64,000 nucleotides of DNA from a virus (taxonomy: Duplodnaviria; Caudoviricetes), in the IMG/VR virus record IMGVR_UViG_3300036770_000417, positions 1,694-65,693 of that record, one strand, 5' to 3'. A model generated the notes under the pieces. It was not told where the DNA came from, ran no database searches, and saw only the letters and a program-made list of their open reading frames with translations. Positions 53,972 through 63,169 of this stretch are shown here, in pieces (the first letter of the stretch is position 1; each line of letters begins with the position of its first letter). A program made the position numbers and the translations under genes.

Positions 53972-53988
53972 GTTAGTGCAGCACTAAC
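53972..53988. promoter_or_regulatory. Representative copy of the dispersed palindrome GTTAG-N7-9-CTAAC (14 copies found)
   Basis: GTTAGTGCAGCACTAAC, identical to the copy at 3553; other copies listed in findings. Confidence 0.75.
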
Positions 53989-54001
53989 AAGGAGACAGCC
54001 C

Positions 54002-54268
54002 GTGCCTACACCTCTCACCACCCCTGCTGTTAGTTCGGAACTAACTGATCTCGTTGCTGAGTTCCTCGCACGTGACGGCGAGGCCATCACTTACATCCGT
54101 GCGGGCTACCGCTCCGCAGCCGGTCGCCGTGCCTTTACAGTCTCGGCGCTGCGTGACGCCCCGCTCCGCGGTATCGACCGCAAGCCCCCGCGCCCTGCGC
54201 GCACCTACATCGCCTCGGGCCACCGCATCCTGCCGGTGCCGACCTTCGAGAAGTGGGGTGACGTATGA
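54002..54268 (+). CDS. Hypothetical early protein
   Basis: AAGGAG SD, GTG start; first ORF after the promoter. Confidence 0.6.
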   Translation: MPTPLTTPAVSSELTDLVAEFLARDGEAITYIRAGYRSAAGRRAFTVSALRDAPLRGIDRKPPRPARTYIASGHRILPVPTFEKWGDV

Positions 54269-54543
54269 GCGCGGTGGAGCCGGCGGAGCCGGTGGAGCCG
54301 GCGGAGCCGGTGGAGCCGGCGGAGCCGGTGGAGCCTGCACTCGTAGAGTGCTTCGACTGCGGCGCCCCGTTCCCGCCTGCGCGCGCTGCGCTGGGCTACA
54401 ACCTGTGCCTTGCCTGCGGAGATAAGGCCGCACGCGAAGCCCGCGCTGGCTGGTGCATAAGTTTGTCTGGACACAAACAGGGATACACGCTAATAACTCG
54501 AAAGGAGCAACTAAAGGAGTTGAACAAGTATGCAGCGTCATGA
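54265..54543 (+). CDS. C4 zinc-finger protein (TraR/DksA-like finger)
   Basis: CFDCG..RAALGYNLCLACGD..HKQGY. Confidence 0.7.
   Translation: MSAVEPAEPVEPAEPVEPAEPVEPALVECFDCGAPFPPARAALGYNLCLACGDKAAREARAGWCISLSGHKQGYTLITRKEQLKELNKYAAS
54274..54336 (+). repeat. 9-bp tandem repeat x7 (VEP/AEP)
   Basis: G(T/C)GGAGCCG repeated in frame. Confidence 0.9.
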
Positions 54544-55117
54544 CCAGACGGGTGGAAAAAACCCCAACTACAGGCACGGCATGTATTCCACACCGGAGTA
54601 TAAACATTGGGTGTGGATGAAAGCACGCTGCAAACAGTGCGCGCGGTATGTCGCAAAGGGCCTAACCGTGCACCCAGAGTGGCAGGATAACTTCCTAGCT
54701 TTCTACGCTGACATAGGGCCGAAACCGTCGGATGGCAGGAGGTATTCTGTAGATCGTATCGACAACGACAGGGGCTACGAGCCCGGCAACGTGCGGTGGG
54801 CCACGACGAGCGAACAGAACTACAACAGGGGAGAGGTTTCTCAAAGGGCGCGCGGGTTACGCACACAGGCCGCCGCAACCGGCTTGCACCTAGAGACCGT
54901 GCGTTACCGCATCGCCAAAAATATCCCGTTAGAGGCTCCAAAATACGGAGAGCATACGCACTGCCGCAACGGACACGAGTATACCGAGGAGACCACCTAC
55001 ATCGACAAGAAGGGCATACGAATGTGTCGCACATGCAGGAACGCGGCGATGCGAAGATATCGCGCGAGGATAACGAAGAAGGAGGAGCTGAAACATCTGA
55101 ATCAGAAACCGAGGTAA
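54530..55117 (+). CDS. Free-standing HNH homing endonuclease
   Basis: NYRHG..EY..W..MKARC, FLAFYADIG, SVDRIDNDRGYEPGNVRWAT..EQ, HCRNGHEY..CRTC. Confidence 0.85.
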   Translation: MQRHDQTGGKNPNYRHGMYSTPEYKHWVWMKARCKQCARYVAKGLTVHPEWQDNFLAFYADIGPKPSDGRRYSVDRIDNDRGYEPGNVRWATTSEQNYNRGEVSQRARGLRTQAAATGLHLETVRYRIAKNIPLEAPKYGEHTHCRNGHEYTEETTYIDKKGIRMCRTCRNAAMRRYRARITKKEELKHLNQKPR

Positions 55118-55162
55118 TTTACTGTTAGTCGACAACTAACCCAAACCAAACAGGAGACTGAT

Positions 55163-56059
55163 ATGAACATGACCATGACCGCGCCGTCCACGCTCTCTGC
55201 CCCGTCCATCGCATCGAGTGCGATGCTGGTGGAACTCAACATCTCGACGTGGACCGCACGGAAGAAGGACCGTGCAGCGTCCGACGACGTGACGCGCCTT
55301 AACAACGCACAGAAGGGCGTTGCCAGCGTGAGCAAGCACCTGCTCGGGGACTGCGCGGAACTCGACGCCGTGCAGAAGTTCGCCGGGAACACCCGGAACG
55401 TGCATTACTCTGCCACCATGCCTTGGTCCGACAGCGGGCTGCGGCTGCTGCCGACCACCCAGTATTTCAAGTATCACCAGCAGATGACGGCCCTGCGCGA
55501 CGAGTTCACGCGGCTCGTGGATGCCTTCCTCGGTGCATACGCATGGGAAATCACGCAGGCGCAGGCCAAGTTGGGCCATCTGTTCAACGCCGAGGAGTAT
55601 CCCGACGTGGACGGGCTGCGCGACAAGTTCAAGTTCCGGTTCACCTACATCCCGCTGCCGGACGCGGGTGACTTCCGGGTGGACGTGGGCAACGAGGCGC
55701 AGGCTGTCCTGCGTGAGCAGTATGCGTCGGCATTCACCGAGCAGTTGAACGCTGCCATGAACGACCTCTGGTCTCGCACCCACGCCGTGCTCATCCGCAT
55801 GTCGGAGCGGCTCGACTATGGCCCTGCGGAGCAGAAGAAGATTTTCCGCGACAGCCTCGTGGAGAACGTCGTCGAGATGATCGACCTGCTGCGGGCCTGT
55901 AACATCACACAGTCCGTGCAGATGGCCGAGATGGCCGACACGCTGGAGCGCGCGCTGCGCGGCGTGACGCCGGACAACCTGCGTGAAGACGCACGCCTGC
56001 GTGCGGATACCAAGAAGTCTATCGACGCGGCAATCGCCGCGCTGCCGTCACTGATGTAA
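55163..56059 (+). CDS. DUF3150-like protein
   Basis: LVELNISTWTARKKD, TMPWSDSGLRLLP, LFNAEEYP, FRDSLV; precedes the AAA/VWA pair. Confidence 0.6.
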   Translation: MNMTMTAPSTLSAPSIASSAMLVELNISTWTARKKDRAASDDVTRLNNAQKGVASVSKHLLGDCAELDAVQKFAGNTRNVHYSATMPWSDSGLRLLPTTQYFKYHQQMTALRDEFTRLVDAFLGAYAWEITQAQAKLGHLFNAEEYPDVDGLRDKFKFRFTYIPLPDAGDFRVDVGNEAQAVLREQYASAFTEQLNAAMNDLWSRTHAVLIRMSERLDYGPAEQKKIFRDSLVENVVEMIDLLRACNITQSVQMAEMADTLERALRGVTPDNLREDARLRADTKKSIDAAIAALPSLM

Positions 56060-56080
56060 GAAAACAAGGAGAAGCAAGCC

Positions 56081-57175
56081 ATGACAAACTTCAACAGCCT
56101 CTACGCCCTCGGGCTCGACCAGATCACCACGCTCATCAAGGCCGTGGGCCACCAGCGCACCGTCCTCGTGCAGGGACATATGGGCACCGGCAAGTCCTCG
56201 CTGCTCAAGACCCTCGCACACAGCCTGCCCACGCATACCGCGTGTTACTTCGACTGCACCACGAAGGACCTCGGTGACATCACCCTGCCGCGCATCGCAG
56301 AGGCTGGGGCCGGGGCGGCATATGTTAGTTATGCCACTAACGAAGAACTCGGTGCACACCACGACGGCCCGGTGCTCCTGATGATCGACGAGTTCGGTAA
56401 GGCTAACCCGGCGGTGAAGAACGCCCTGCTGCGCCTCATCTTGGAGCGCAAGATCGGCAGCTACACCCTGCACCCCGACAGTATCGTGTTCGCAACGACT
56501 AACCTCGGTGCCGAGGGTGTCGGGGACATGCTGCCACCCCATGCGCGCAACCGCATCATGGTGGTCACGTCGCGCAAGCCGAGTAACATGGAGTGGATCG
56601 AATGGGGTATCAACAATGGGGTGGACCACACCCTGCTGGGCTGGTGCAAGGACAACCCGCAGCTGTTCGCTGACTTCACCGAGATGAAGGACCCGGACGA
56701 GAACCCCTACATCTACCACCCCCGTGCACAGCGTGCGGCGTTCGTCACGCCGCGCTCGCTTGAAGCAGCATCCGACATCTTGAAGCAGCGTGCGCTCATG
56801 GACGACCAGACTGTGATCGCTGCGCTGGGTGGCACTATCGGTGAGCGTGCGGCGATGGACTTGATGGCGTTCGTTGCACTCGCGGACAAGCTGCCGTCGC
56901 TCCAGTCTATCAAGGACGATCCGAGCAACGCCAAGGTGCCCGACAACGCCGCAGGCGTCTGCATGGTGGTGTATCGCACGCTCGCTGCCATCGAGCGGGA
57001 CTGGATCGACGCGTGGATGACTTACCTCGACCGCCTGCCGGCCGAGGCACAGGGTATGTTCGCAAACGGTGTGCGCTCGCCCAAGTATTCCAAGCAGGCA
57101 ATGGTGATGACCAACGGGCTCTTTACCCGCTGGGCGATGGCGAACAGCCACATGTTCGCGTCTGACAAGAAGTAA
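56081..57175 (+). CDS. MoxR-like AAA+ ATPase
   Basis: GHMGTGKS, LMIDEFGK, FATTN, ARNR, TPRSLE. Confidence 0.85.
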   Translation: MTNFNSLYALGLDQITTLIKAVGHQRTVLVQGHMGTGKSSLLKTLAHSLPTHTACYFDCTTKDLGDITLPRIAEAGAGAAYVSYATNEELGAHHDGPVLLMIDEFGKANPAVKNALLRLILERKIGSYTLHPDSIVFATTNLGAEGVGDMLPPHARNRIMVVTSRKPSNMEWIEWGINNGVDHTLLGWCKDNPQLFADFTEMKDPDENPYIYHPRAQRAAFVTPRSLEAASDILKQRALMDDQTVIAALGGTIGERAAMDLMAFVALADKLPSLQSIKDDPSNAKVPDNAAGVCMVVYRTLAAIERDWIDAWMTYLDRLPAEAQGMFANGVRSPKYSKQAMVMTNGLFTRWAMANSHMFASDKK

Positions 57176-57196
57176 CCACAAACCAAGGAGCAAGCC

Positions 57197-57415
57197 ATGA
57201 AGTATGATCCGCTTGAGCGGCTGTATAACCACAACTACGGCCTGTCTAACTCCGTGCGTCGCAAGGCGCTCGACGACGCCGCGCTGACCAGCGTCAAGCT
57301 GGCAGCAGAGGCACACCGCGTGTCCACGGGGACAATCTACAAGTGGCGCCGGCATGTCGGTGCCTATGAACTGGGCTACGCAGACGCGCTGGCCGAAACC
57401 AAGGGAGTCAAGTGA
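57197..57415 (+). CDS. Small HTH protein
   Basis: VKLAAEAHRVSTGTIYKWRR. Confidence 0.6.
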   Translation: MKYDPLERLYNHNYGLSNSVRRKALDDAALTSVKLAAEAHRVSTGTIYKWRRHVGAYELGYADALAETKGVK

Positions 57416-58608
57416 TGCTGATGTTAGGTAAGGCACTAACAGCGGAGCAGCGCATCCAGAAGGCCGTGATCGACATCATGGCCAAGGACCGCTACCGCGC
57501 ACTGACCGGCGTGCTGATGATCGGGAGCAAGCGGGTGTGTGACAACACTCCCACTGCCTACACTAACGGCAAGGACGAGGTGTATGGCCGGGCCTTCGTG
57601 GACAGTCTGAACGATGCCGAGTTGCGGTTCCTCGTGATCCACGAGGTCAAGCACAAGATGTATAAGCATCTCACCACATGGCAGCACCTGTGGCAGGAGG
57701 ACCGCGACCTTGCAAATCAAGCGTGCGATCATGTCATCAACACCGAGACTGTCGAGGAGAACAGCGACGGCTTCGCTACGATGACCGGCCCGCTCACCGC
57801 CGGGTGCTGTGACATGAAGTATCTCAGGTGGGACAGCGCACGGGTGTTCAACGACCTCAAGCAGCAGGGCAACGGCGGGAACGGCGGTGGCGGACAGGGC
57901 GACGGCTTCGACGAGCACGGGTGGGAGGACGCGCAGGAGATGACTGCCGAGGAGCAGCGCGAACTCGCACGGGCTATCGACGAGGCGCTGCGTCAGGGTG
58001 CGCTGGTGGCAGGCAAGACGGGCGGGGGTGTGGACCGCGGGCTCGACAACCTGCTGACACCGCAGGTGCCGTGGCAGGAGACGCTGCGGGAGTTCGTGAC
58101 CAGCACCTGCACGGGCTCTGACTATTCAACGTGGCGGCGGCCCAACCGCCGCTACATCGGCGCGGGTATCTACATGCCGAGCGGGATCAGCGAGCAGATC
58201 GGCGAGATCGTGGTGGCCGTGGACACATCGGGTAGCATCGGACAGCGTGCGCTCAATGCGTTCTTCAGCGAGATTGTGGGCATCGCCGATACCGTTCACC
58301 CGGAGGCTATCCGCGTCCTGTATTGGGACACGTCAGTGCGTGGCGACGAGCGGTATGAGCCGCACGAGTTTGCCAACATGGCGCAGTCAACCAAGCCCAA
58401 GGGTGGCGGCGGCACCACCGTCGAGTGCGTGCCCAAGTATCTGCACGACAAGCAGATCAAGGCACAGGCGGTGATCGTGCTGACCGACGGCTATCTCGGC
58501 GGTGCGTGGGGTCGGTGGCAGCACCCGCTGCTGTGGGCCATCCTCGACAACGAGCGGGCTACGCCCGACTGCGGCAAGACAGTGCGTATCAACACACAAC
58601 ACCTATAA
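57412..58608 (+). CDS. DUF2201-like metallopeptidase-VWA protein
   Basis: PTAYTNG, IHEVKH (HExxH), N.ACD.VIN, VDTSGSI (MIDAS), GGGGT, VLTDG. Confidence 0.85.
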   Translation: MMLMLGKALTAEQRIQKAVIDIMAKDRYRALTGVLMIGSKRVCDNTPTAYTNGKDEVYGRAFVDSLNDAELRFLVIHEVKHKMYKHLTTWQHLWQEDRDLANQACDHVINTETVEENSDGFATMTGPLTAGCCDMKYLRWDSARVFNDLKQQGNGGNGGGGQGDGFDEHGWEDAQEMTAEEQRELARAIDEALRQGALVAGKTGGGVDRGLDNLLTPQVPWQETLREFVTSTCTGSDYSTWRRPNRRYIGAGIYMPSGISEQIGEIVVAVDTSGSIGQRALNAFFSEIVGIADTVHPEAIRVLYWDTSVRGDERYEPHEFANMAQSTKPKGGGGTTVECVPKYLHDKQIKAQAVIVLTDGYLGGAWGRWQHPLLWAILDNERATPDCGKTVRINTQHL

Positions 58609-58621
58609 AAGGAGAGAAACA

Positions 58622-58951
58622 ATGACAGACGCCGAGGTATACGACACCCTCGACCGGCTGGTCGACAGCCTGCAGAAACAGATCGCGACGGCCCGTGAAC
58701 TCAAGCGGATGTTCCGCATCGCCGATATCGTCGGACGCGCGCCGTCGAACATCAAGGGCAGGGTGCGGACGCACATCCACAGCGGGGGGCGGGCACTCCA
58801 CACATGGAAACATGACCACTTCGTGGTCCATCTCGACGGCAAGGAAGTGTTTAGGGCCAAGCTGGTCGATGTGCACAACGACCTGTGGCCCGACGACGTT
58901 CGTGAAGCGTATGCGCGTTATGCGCGCAGCCTAATAAACCACTCATTCTAA
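58622..58951 (+). CDS. Hypothetical protein
   Basis: AAGGAG SD, ATG at 58622. Confidence 0.6.
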   Translation: MTDAEVYDTLDRLVDSLQKQIATARELKRMFRIADIVGRAPSNIKGRVRTHIHSGGRALHTWKHDHFVVHLDGKEVFRAKLVDVHNDLWPDDVREAYARYARSLINHSF

Positions 58952-58971
58952 TACACACAAGGAGCAAGCCA

Positions 58972-59376
58972 ATGGGATACAGAAGCGAAGTGCTGTTGGC
59001 GGTAGCGTTTGACAGCAAAGAGGAGCGGGACGAGGTGTGGGCGGTCTACTGCATGAACCCCCACGTGCAGAAGCACAACCTCGCAGGAGCATGGCAGAAC
59101 CACGACAGGGATGACTGCTTCATGCTGTGGTATCAGGCCACGGATGTGAAATGGTATGAGAGTTACGAGGATGTGCAGGGCTTTGAGCACATGCTGGAAC
59201 TTGTTGAGAAGTTCGGCGCGGAGCGCGACTTCAACTACGCAGGCTGCAAGCTGCGTATCGGCGAGAACATGGACGACGCGGAAGCCTACGACATATGTTC
59301 CGACGACGGGACCCACCTGCAACACGCGCTCTGGGATATGTGCGGTATCGAGCGCCGCATCGTGAACAACTTCTAG
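58972..59376 (+). CDS. Hypothetical protein
   Basis: MGYRSEV..VKWYESY..RIGE..DD; AAGGAG SD. Confidence 0.65.
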   Translation: MGYRSEVLLAVAFDSKEERDEVWAVYCMNPHVQKHNLAGAWQNHDRDDCFMLWYQATDVKWYESYEDVQGFEHMLELVEKFGAERDFNYAGCKLRIGENMDDAEAYDICSDDGTHLQHALWDMCGIERRIVNNF

Positions 59377-59386
59377 GAGACCTGAC

Positions 59387-60373
59387 ATGGCAATAGCTTG
59401 GACCAACTTTGGTAGCTTCGCTGAAGTCGAGGCATACTACAACAAGATCAAACCCATCATCAGCAGCCGCTTCACAAGAGAACATGACATCCGGCCTATC
59501 GGCGACCGCCGTCGCTTCTATGAGCGGATTGTTAGGGTAAGCACTAACAGCTATGCGCTGGCCGATTGGTATACGGGCGGACCCACTCGGGACTTCGCCT
59601 ATGGCGTCGACGCAACGCCAGAAGAAACCATCATGCTTGCGCCCATCCTGTGGGAGCGCCACGCCGACGGCACCGAGACAGTGCGTATCCGCAACGCAAC
59701 CCACAGTTTCGCAACCTGTCGCTATCTGTTTCTCGGGCGGCACACGCCTGCTAAGATGCTGTTCCAGCAGACGCGCATGGGTGTGCAGTTCATCAAGGTG
59801 GGCAGCAGCAAGCATGTCCTGCCGCAGCACAAGTCCACACCGCGCGCCCTGTATGAGCAGCGCAGGGACAAGACCAATCTCGTGGCCGGGTGCGATGGGC
59901 GCTACCTCGTGTTCCGCCGGGACGACACCACGCCCGACCGCTGGGTGCATACTTACGGAGAGTTCGCAGCACGCCCGCCGTCCAAGCCGTATGTGGACCG
60001 GGAACTCAAGGCGGAGCACAAGCAGGATGTCGAGGAGTTCTACACATGGGCCTGCGCCATACTGCCAATGTTCGGCAAGGGCAGAGACTGGGGGGTAGAG
60101 AACGGCCTTGTCCGGGAGGCGCACGAATACATGAAGGACCTGCGCGTGCATCCGCCGTGGCGCCCCCTGTGGAACCACCCCTTACCGGCACCCATCGCAC
60201 GCACTGTGCTTGCCGATCCCGACCACCCGCTGCGTATGTTCGCACTCCACCAGATGCGTCTGCGCTGCGACTGGATCACGGATATCGAGACCGAAGCAGA
60301 CCAGAAGCGGTTCCGTGCGCAGTTCATGCGCTGGGTCAACAGATTCGCTAGCTTTCACAAGGAGAACAACTGA
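59387..60373 (+). CDS. Hypothetical protein
   Basis: AGGAG SD; IRPIGDRRR motif; tightly packed. Confidence 0.65.
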   Translation: MAIAWTNFGSFAEVEAYYNKIKPIISSRFTREHDIRPIGDRRRFYERIVRVSTNSYALADWYTGGPTRDFAYGVDATPEETIMLAPILWERHADGTETVRIRNATHSFATCRYLFLGRHTPAKMLFQQTRMGVQFIKVGSSKHVLPQHKSTPRALYEQRRDKTNLVAGCDGRYLVFRRDDTTPDRWVHTYGEFAARPPSKPYVDRELKAEHKQDVEEFYTWACAILPMFGKGRDWGVENGLVREAHEYMKDLRVHPPWRPLWNHPLPAPIARTVLADPDHPLRMFALHQMRLRCDWITDIETEADQKRFRAQFMRWVNRFASFHKENN

Positions 60374-61200
60374 TGGCATACAACTACAAACTTGTCGCCG
60401 ACTTCATTGACCCATCGGCTGACCTTACGGCGCAACTCGCTGACCTTGTCGAGTTGGTGCGGACTGCGTTCCCGAGCGCAGAGTTCTACTCTACCGCATC
60501 CAACCGCGTGCATGTGTTCTATCGGGGGGACGCCTTTGCGATGGGCGAACTTCAGCTGGTATGGGACCACAAGCTGCGGGACTATAACTACGTTGTGCGT
60601 TCTCCACACATCAAGAAGGAGCGCGGCGACCAATACGCCATGCAGACATCCAAGATAAAGGTAGCTGCCAAGACTGCGAGCAAGTTCTTCCGCAGGCAGA
60701 GTAACACCGAGGCCATGAGTGTGCAGGCAGAGGATGCTGCGTCCGCCGTGTTCCGTGCCAAGAAGCACGACGAGCGGCTGATGAACGATCTGGCGCGTGG
60801 CCTGCTGGGCGGGTCTGTCAACCCCAACGGGTATATCATGCAGGAGTTTCGCTATTTGCTCACAGCGGGGCACCGCTTCCACAACCCGGAGGTGCATGAG
60901 AAGATCGAGAAGCTAGTGGCTGCTGCTGATGCCGTCGTTGCACAGCCTAAGCAATACCCCGGCATCGCCGTGTGGATGCACGAGGTGGAGGGTGAGACAG
61001 TGTTCGATGTGGCCCACATCCCGCGCTTCGACACGGTGTATCAGTGTAAGGTGGACCCGAACTACACGCGCTACCGGCACGATACGCTGCCGGAAGCAGT
61101 AGCGGGCAAGCTGTCGCTGCTCAGCATGGTCGATCCAAACCATGCGGTCGTGGGCGTCGGTGTTCGGGCCAAGGGTAACATGTTCTATCTTGAGGCATGA
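60373..61200 (+). CDS. Hypothetical protein
   Basis: TGATG coupling; C-terminal LPE..GKLSLL..VGVG. Confidence 0.65.
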   Translation: MAYNYKLVADFIDPSADLTAQLADLVELVRTAFPSAEFYSTASNRVHVFYRGDAFAMGELQLVWDHKLRDYNYVVRSPHIKKERGDQYAMQTSKIKVAAKTASKFFRRQSNTEAMSVQAEDAASAVFRAKKHDERLMNDLARGLLGGSVNPNGYIMQEFRYLLTAGHRFHNPEVHEKIEKLVAAADAVVAQPKQYPGIAVWMHEVEGETVFDVAHIPRFDTVYQCKVDPNYTRYRHDTLPEAVAGKLSLLSMVDPNHAVVGVGVRAKGNMFYLEA

Positions 61201-61583
61201 GAATGTGCACACGCATAACCGACGAGTTTCTGCACGCACTGGACGAGCGGGCCCGCCTGTTCTTCTATGACTTCCTGCGCGCCACACAGGCGGGCCGGTG
61301 CGTGGTAACCATGACGTGGGATACTGACGAGCCACTACCGAAAGACATAATATATCGCGTTGAGATACATGACGCCATGAAACATATAGATGTGATATCC
61401 ATTGGCATGGATACACTTGACGTATCAGACGACGGCAGCTATACATCGGTCGATGCACTACCAGAGTGGATGCAGAAGAAGATCGCAGTGCTCATGCTTA
61501 CGAGTGCTGTGCCCCCCACGCACCCAGTGGACGGCGTGGGCCGACGCATAGCCGAGAACATATTTTGGTTAGTGCCTGACTAA
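61197..61583 (+). CDS. Hypothetical protein (alternative start 61311)
   Basis: LPEWMQKKIAVLM..VDGVGRRI, resembling the C-terminus of the upstream gene. Confidence 0.6.
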   Translation: MRMCTRITDEFLHALDERARLFFYDFLRATQAGRCVVTMTWDTDEPLPKDIIYRVEIHDAMKHIDVISIGMDTLDVSDDGSYTSVDALPEWMQKKIAVLMLTSAVPPTHPVDGVGRRIAENIFWLVPD

Positions 61584-61594
61584 CAGGAGACCGC

Positions 61595-61936
61595 ATGGCA
61601 CAGACACCCGAAGCAAAAGTCAAACGGCGGGTGACCGCCCAACTGAAGGCCCTCGGTGCTTACTACTTCTACCCTGTCACCGGGGGCTACGGCAGCAGTG
61701 GTGTGCCGGACATCGTGGGGTGCTGGAACGGCACCTTCTTCGGTATCGAGTGCAAGGCCGGCAAGAACAAGCCGACCATGCTACAACAGAAGAACCTCGC
61801 GGACATAGCCGCCGCGGGGGGTATCGCCCTACTCATCAATGAACAGAACGCAGACCGCATAGCATCTTTACTCAGAGGAGAAACTCCAGATGAACGTCAA
61901 CTCGAACTCGACTTCGACCGCCCTGCCGGTGAATAG
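61595..61936 (+). CDS. VRR-NUC nuclease (resolvase-like)
   Basis: TPEAKVK, GVPDIV, GIECKAG, PT.LQ. Confidence 0.85.
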   Translation: MAQTPEAKVKRRVTAQLKALGAYYFYPVTGGYGSSGVPDIVGCWNGTFFGIECKAGKNKPTMLQQKNLADIAAAGGIALLINEQNADRIASLLRGETPDERQLELDFDRPAGE

Positions 61937-62477
61937 CACCGTCTTCAGCGGGTTAGTCTTCTGCACTAACATCATCCCGTCCGGCAGCGCCTTCGGCGTG
62001 CGCGTAGACAACGGCGACACCGTCTACATCCCATCGTCCGTGGCGATGGCGTCCAAGCTGGAGGTGGGTGAGACCGTCGAGGGTATGCTTGCCCCGAACA
62101 GCAAGGAGCACCGCACCCCGTGGCTGCTCGTGAAACTTAACCGTGCGGCGCCTGAGCCCGCGGCTACGCCCGCGGCTACGCCCGCCCCTGCACCAGTTAC
62201 CGCAGAGCCGCAGGACTTGGGCGCGGCGGTCCGTTCGCTTGTGCGTGGTGGTGGCGCATGGTCCGTGGGGTCTATCTACGCCAAGTTGTTTCCCAACACA
62301 GCGCGGTTGGAGAACCTCCCCGAGTATAACCGGATCGTCACGGTGCTGACCACCATGCACGACCGGGGGGAGTGCGTGAAGGTGTCGATCTGGGGCTCGG
62401 GCAACAAGACCAAGCCGGGCCGAGACTTCTACTGCGCGTCCCTCACTGAGGTCCTTGAGCGGTTGGAGCGGTCGTGA
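61890..62477 (+). CDS. Hypothetical protein (OB-like N-terminus)
   Basis: SAFG..GDTVYIP..TPW; overlaps neighbouring genes. Confidence 0.55.
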   Translation: MNVNSNSTSTALPVNSTVFSGLVFCTNIIPSGSAFGVRVDNGDTVYIPSSVAMASKLEVGETVEGMLAPNSKEHRTPWLLVKLNRAAPEPAATPAATPAPAPVTAEPQDLGAAVRSLVRGGGAWSVGSIYAKLFPNTARLENLPEYNRIVTVLTTMHDRGECVKVSIWGSGNKTKPGRDFYCASLTEVLERLERS

Positions 62478-62644
62478 TGGCCGAGACCATGGACACGATG
62501 CGTGCCAAGCTGGCCAAGCAGCGTAACGAGATAGCACGCCTACAACAGACCGTGGCCAGACTGGCCACGGATAAGGCTGAGCTGCTGCTGGACGTGAAGA
62601 TGTACAAGGCTGAACTGGAGAAGCACGATGGCAAAGTGGGCTGA
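62477..62644 (+). CDS. Small coiled-coil protein
   Basis: TGATG coupling; KLAKQRNEIARLQQ. Confidence 0.5.
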   Translation: MAETMDTMRAKLAKQRNEIARLQQTVARLATDKAELLLDVKMYKAELEKHDGKVG

Positions 62645-62819
62645 ACCGAACATCAAAGACCTGTTCGCCACGCTGAACCGCATAGAGCGGGTGGCTGAAC
62701 TGATCGCCAACGACAAGACGGCTGGCGCATACTGGAATGTCGAGCGTGCCAACGAAATCAAGACTCTCGCGCAGATCGCAGCGCGGATAGTGCAGGAGCC
62801 GCTGAACAATGGAGAGTGA
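62628..62819 (+). CDS. Hypothetical protein
   Basis: GGAG SD; overlaps neighbouring genes. Confidence 0.5.
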   Translation: MAKWAEPNIKDLFATLNRIERVAELIANDKTAGAYWNVERANEIKTLAQIAARIVQEPLNNGE

Positions 62820-63012
62820 TGGGATGGACATCGTGGCGAAGCTGGAGCGGCTGGCGCTGAGGGCCGAGATCGCCAACCACCATATCCAAGACATGCGCGT
62901 CATGCCCGCAGCGGGCGTGGCTGATGTGATCCACGAGGCGATGGACGAGATCGTCGATCTTCGGGCCCAGTTGTTCAACGAGCAGGAGGCGAGGAAAGAT
63001 GGCAACGCATGA
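62809..63012 (+). CDS. Hypothetical protein
   Basis: DIVAKL..EAMDEIVDLRAQL. Confidence 0.5.
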   Translation: MESDGMDIVAKLERLALRAEIANHHIQDMRVMPAAGVADVIHEAMDEIVDLRAQLFNEQEARKDGNA

Positions 63013-63169
63013 GGAACCTCTGCCCAACTGGCTGGAAGAGGAGCTGCGGCAGCAGGGTTTAGGCACCAAGCTGCGGGAGCGTGAGTTGTTCTTGCAGAAG
63101 CCAGACAAACGAGACCCGAGCGAAGTGAGCAAGCCTGCGTATAGGAGGGGAGAAAAATGTCAATTCTGA
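62999..63169 (+). CDS. Hypothetical protein (56 aa)
   Basis: GAGG SD; fills the gap with overlaps at both ends. Confidence 0.4.
   Translation: MATHEEPLPNWLEEELRQQGLGTKLRERELFLQKPDKRDPSEVSKPAYRRGEKCQF

Noticed and set aside
56048-57436. 462-aa - strand ORF opposite the AAA ATPase
   Set aside because: Antisense shadow; no recognisable domain
53315-61970. GTTAG/CTAAC palindromes as integron attC sites
   Set aside because: Arm order is the reverse of attC (which has RYYYAAC first and GTTRRRY last), the sites are too short, many are intragenic, and no integrase is visible
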